From assembly GCA_050183355.1 (NCBI GenBank), contig JBFXBH010000007.1, positions 1-46,634 of the forward strand: 46,634 nucleotides of DNA, in the 5' to 3' direction. Shown in pieces: positions 44,224 through 46,634 of the stretch. The DNA is from Vicinamibacterales bacterium (GTDB lineage: Bacteria > Acidobacteriota > Vicinamibacteria > Vicinamibacterales > UBA2999). The notes below the pieces were generated by a model, which was given only the letters and a program-made list of their open reading frames with translations, did no database searches and was not told where the DNA came from. The number at the start of each line of letters is the position of its first letter. Positions within the stretch are counted from its first letter, which is position 1. The position numbers and the translations under genes are program-made.

Positions 44224-45534
44224 TCAGAGCCCCAGCGCGATGGCGATCGGGTCCTCGACGAGCTTCCGGAGGTGCGACATGAACTCGGCCCCCGTCACGC
44301 CGTCGATGGCCCGGTGGTCCGCCGCCAGCGTCAGGCTCATCACGTGGCCCGGCACCAGGGCCCCGTTCTCCACCACCGGCACGGCTTCGGTGGCGCCGAC
44401 GCCGAGGATGCAGCACTGCGGCGGGTTCAGGATGGGCGTGATGCTGGTCACGCCGTACATCCCGAGGTTCGAGATCGTGAACGTGCCGTTGGTGTATTCC
44501 TCCGGCTTCAACTTGCCGTTGCGCGCCTTCTCGGAAAGCTCCTTGAGGTCGCGTGAGATCGCGGCCACCGGCTTGCTTTCACACCCGCGCACGACGGGCG
44601 TGATGAGCCCCTGGGGCGTGGCGACGGCCACGGCGATGTCCACCGACTGGTAGAGGCGTACGCCGTCCCCCAGCCACGCGGAATTCACGGCCGGCACGCG
44701 ACGCACGGCGAGCGCCACGGCCGCCACGAGCAGGTCCGTCACGGTGATCTTCACCGCGCCGCTCGCGTTCATCTGCTGGCGCAGCGCGAGCAGCTTGTCC
44801 ACCCGGCAATTGGTCTGCAGGTAGAAGTGCGGCACGGTCTGCTTCGACTGCTGCAGCCGCTGCGCCGTCACGCGCCGCATGGCCGTGGCGGGCACGTCCT
44901 CGAACACGCCGATCGCCGGCACGGGGATCGGCGGCGGTGCGGCCACGGCGCCGGCGGCCGCCGTCCGCGTCACCATGCCGCGGCTCACGAGGGCGGCTTC
45001 GACGTCCGCCTTCGTGATGCGGCGCCCCTGCACGGGCAGCGACGCCAGGTCGATGCCGGCGATCTGCGCCATCTTCGCGGCGAGGGCCGTGGAACTGACC
45101 TTGACGCCGCTCGCGGGCGCGGCCGGAGCAGGTGCCGCGACGGGAGACGGCGCCGGCGGGGGCGGAGGCGGCGTTGGTGCCGTGACAGCCGGCGCCGGAG
45201 CGGCCGGAGCCGGGACGGGGGCCGATGCCACAGCCGGGGCCGGGGCCGGCGCCTTGGCGGCCGGAGCGGGTGCGGCCGCAGCCGGGGCGTCACCGGCCGC
45301 GCCGATCGTCGCGATCACCGTGCCCGCCGCCACCTTGTCGCTGCCGGCCGGGATGTGAATCTTCACGAGCACGCCGCTCTCGGGCGCTTCCAGTTCAACG
45401 CTCGTCTTGTCGGTCTCGACTTCCGCGATCGGCTCACCCTTCTTGACGGTGTCGCCTTCCTTCTTGAGCCACGTGGACACCTTGACGGTGGCCATCGACT
45501 CGGTGAGCTGCGGGAGACGGAAATCAGTAGCCAT
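44224..45534 (-). CDS. pdhC: Dihydrolipoamide acyltransferase (E2) with a single lipoyl domain
   Basis: EVETDKTSVE (lipoyl Lys); Pro/Ala linker; subunit-binding domain; MRRVTAQRLQQSKQTVPHFY; GTFTISNLGMYG; DHRAIDG. Confidence 0.88.
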   Translation of the reverse strand: MATDFRLPQLTESMATVKVSTWLKKEGDTVKKGEPIAEVETDKTSVELEAPESGVLVKIHIPAGSDKVAAGTVIATIGAAGDAPAAAAPAPAAKAPAPAPAVASAPVPAPAAPAPAVTAPTPPPPPPAPSPVAAPAPAAPASGVKVSSTALAAKMAQIAGIDLASLPVQGRRITKADVEAALVSRGMVTRTAAAGAVAAPPPIPVPAIGVFEDVPATAMRRVTAQRLQQSKQTVPHFYLQTNCRVDKLLALRQQMNASGAVKITVTDLLVAAVALAVRRVPAVNSAWLGDGVRLYQSVDIAVAVATPQGLITPVVRGCESKPVAAISRDLKELSEKARNGKLKPEEYTNGTFTISNLGMYGVTSITPILNPPQCCILGVGATEAVPVVENGALVPGHVMSLTLAADHRAIDGVTGAEFMSHLRKLVEDPIAIALGL

Positions 45535-45545
45535 GTTCGGGGTCC

Positions 45546-46634
45546 TTACGAGACGAGCACGCGGGCCGCGGCATCCACCATGGCGTCCGCGTCGAGGCCG
45601 TACACGCGATAGAGGTCCGGGATGTTGCCGGACTGACCGAAACGATCCACGCCGAGCGAGACCACGCGCTGGCGGCGCACGGAGCCGAGCCAGGACAACG
45701 TGGCTGGATGCCCGTCGAGCGCCGTGACGAGCCCGGCGTCCGGCGAGAGCGTCGAGAGCAGACGCTCGATATGGCTCGGGCCGCCCGTTCGCCGCGGGTC
45801 CTTCTGCGACGCGTGCCATCCCTTGTAGATGCGGCTCGGTGACGTGACGAGCATGAGACCGGCGCCCGGCGCATCCTCCGCCAGTTGCGCGTGGGCGTCG
45901 AGCGCTTCCGGCACCACCGGACCGCAGACGATGAGCGCGAGGTCCGCGCCGTCAGCCGGCGGCTTGAGCCAGTACGCGCCGTCGAGCACGTCGCCGCGCA
46001 GCGCCTCGGTCATCTGGCGCTCGGGCTGCGCGAGACCGCGCGTCGAGAGCCGCAGGTAGATCGAGCCGCCGTCCTCGGCCTGCATGTGCTCGAACGACCA
46101 GCGCAGCATCTCGGTCAGCTCGTCGATGTAGGCCGGCTCGAACAGCGTCAGGCCCGGCTGGCTGATGCCGATGAGCGGCGTGATGATCGACTGGTGGGCG
46201 CCGCCTTCGGGTGCGAGCGTGATGCCGGAGGGTGTCGCGACGAGGATGAAGCGCGCGTCCTGGTAGCAGGCGTAGTTGAGCGCGTCGAGGCCACGGCAGA
46301 TGAACGGGTCGTACACGGTGCCGATGGGGAGCAGCCGCTGGTTGAACAGCGACCCGGCCAGGCCGAGCGCGCCCAGCATGATGAACAGGTTGTTCTCGGC
46401 GATGCCCAGCTCGATGTGCTGCCCCTTCGGACCGACCGACCACTTCTGGGGCGAGACGACCTGCGCGTCGGCGAACACGTCGCCGCGCTCGCGCCGGTCG
46501 TAGACCCCGCGCCGGTTCACCCACGTGCCCAGGTTGGTGGAGGTGGCCACGTCGGGCGCCGTCGTGACGATGCGGTCCGCCAGCTCGGGGTGCGAGCGGC
46601 CGATGGTCGCCATGATCCGGCCGAAGCCCTCCTG
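45546..46634 (-). CDS. AceE/transketolase-like 2-oxoacid dehydrogenase E1, C-terminal part (5' end lies outside the window)
   Basis: APDVATSTNL, HIELGIAENNL, IGTVYDPF, TPSGITLAPEGGAHQS, DGHPATLSWLG, LGVDRFGQSG; directly upstream of E2. Confidence 0.85.
   Translation of the reverse strand, partial: QEGFGRIMATIGRSHPELADRIVTTAPDVATSTNLGTWVNRRGVYDRRERGDVFADAQVVSPQKWSVGPKGQHIELGIAENNLFIMLGALGLAGSLFNQRLLPIGTVYDPFICRGLDALNYACYQDARFILVATPSGITLAPEGGAHQSIITPLIGISQPGLTLFEPAYIDELTEMLRWSFEHMQAEDGGSIYLRLSTRGLAQPERQMTEALRGDVLDGAYWLKPPADGADLALIVCGPVVPEALDAHAQLAEDAPGAGLMLVTSPSRIYKGWHASQKDPRRTGGPSHIERLLSTLSPDAGLVTALDGHPATLSWLGSVRRQRVVSLGVDRFGQSGNIPDLYRVYGLDADAMVDAAARVLVS

Noticed and set aside
45100-45310. 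Low-complexity GC-rich repeats
   Set aside because: They encode the ordinary Pro/Ala linker of E2 and are not a repeat element.
1-46634. CRISPR array, tRNA/rRNA, IS/integrase, PQQ biosynthesis genes
   Set aside because: No regularly spaced direct repeats, RNA gene signatures, transposase/integrase motifs or pqq genes were seen. Similar DNA segments at the TBDR 5' ends reflect paralogy.

Overview
This is a gene-dense, very GC-rich bacterial window, most like Acidobacteria of the Vicinamibacterales type; that taxon is inferred from the CarboxypepD_reg-type TonB-dependent receptors, the DUF1592/DUF1552/ankyrin cluster and the expanded PQQ-propeller families. It holds about 31 CDS, mostly on the minus strand and mostly with signal peptides. 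They include three paralogous TonB-dependent receptors, two PQQ dehydrogenases, two PQQ-like propellers and a Tat-exported xanthine-oxidase-family Mo enzyme with a diheme cytochrome partner. There is also an ankyrin-DUF1592-DUF1552 operon divergent from a propeller-sensor two-component system, and the end of a 2-oxoacid dehydrogenase operon. The best candidate for a new system is a roughly 14 kb, receptor-led, co-directional cluster (28120 to 13988). It encodes six copies of one class I cytochrome c module, three of them directly fused to DUF1080 (3-keto-glycoside hydrolase/hydratase-like) domains that share a C-x6-C-G-x-T-x-P-G motif. The cluster also has a cytochrome c-PQQ dehydrogenase, an exported double-VOC protein, an ACS-type MFS transporter and a metallo-beta-lactamase-fold protein that has lost its metal-binding histidines. 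I saw no rRNA, tRNA, CRISPR array or mobile element. All family assignments come from reading motifs by eye, not from database searches.
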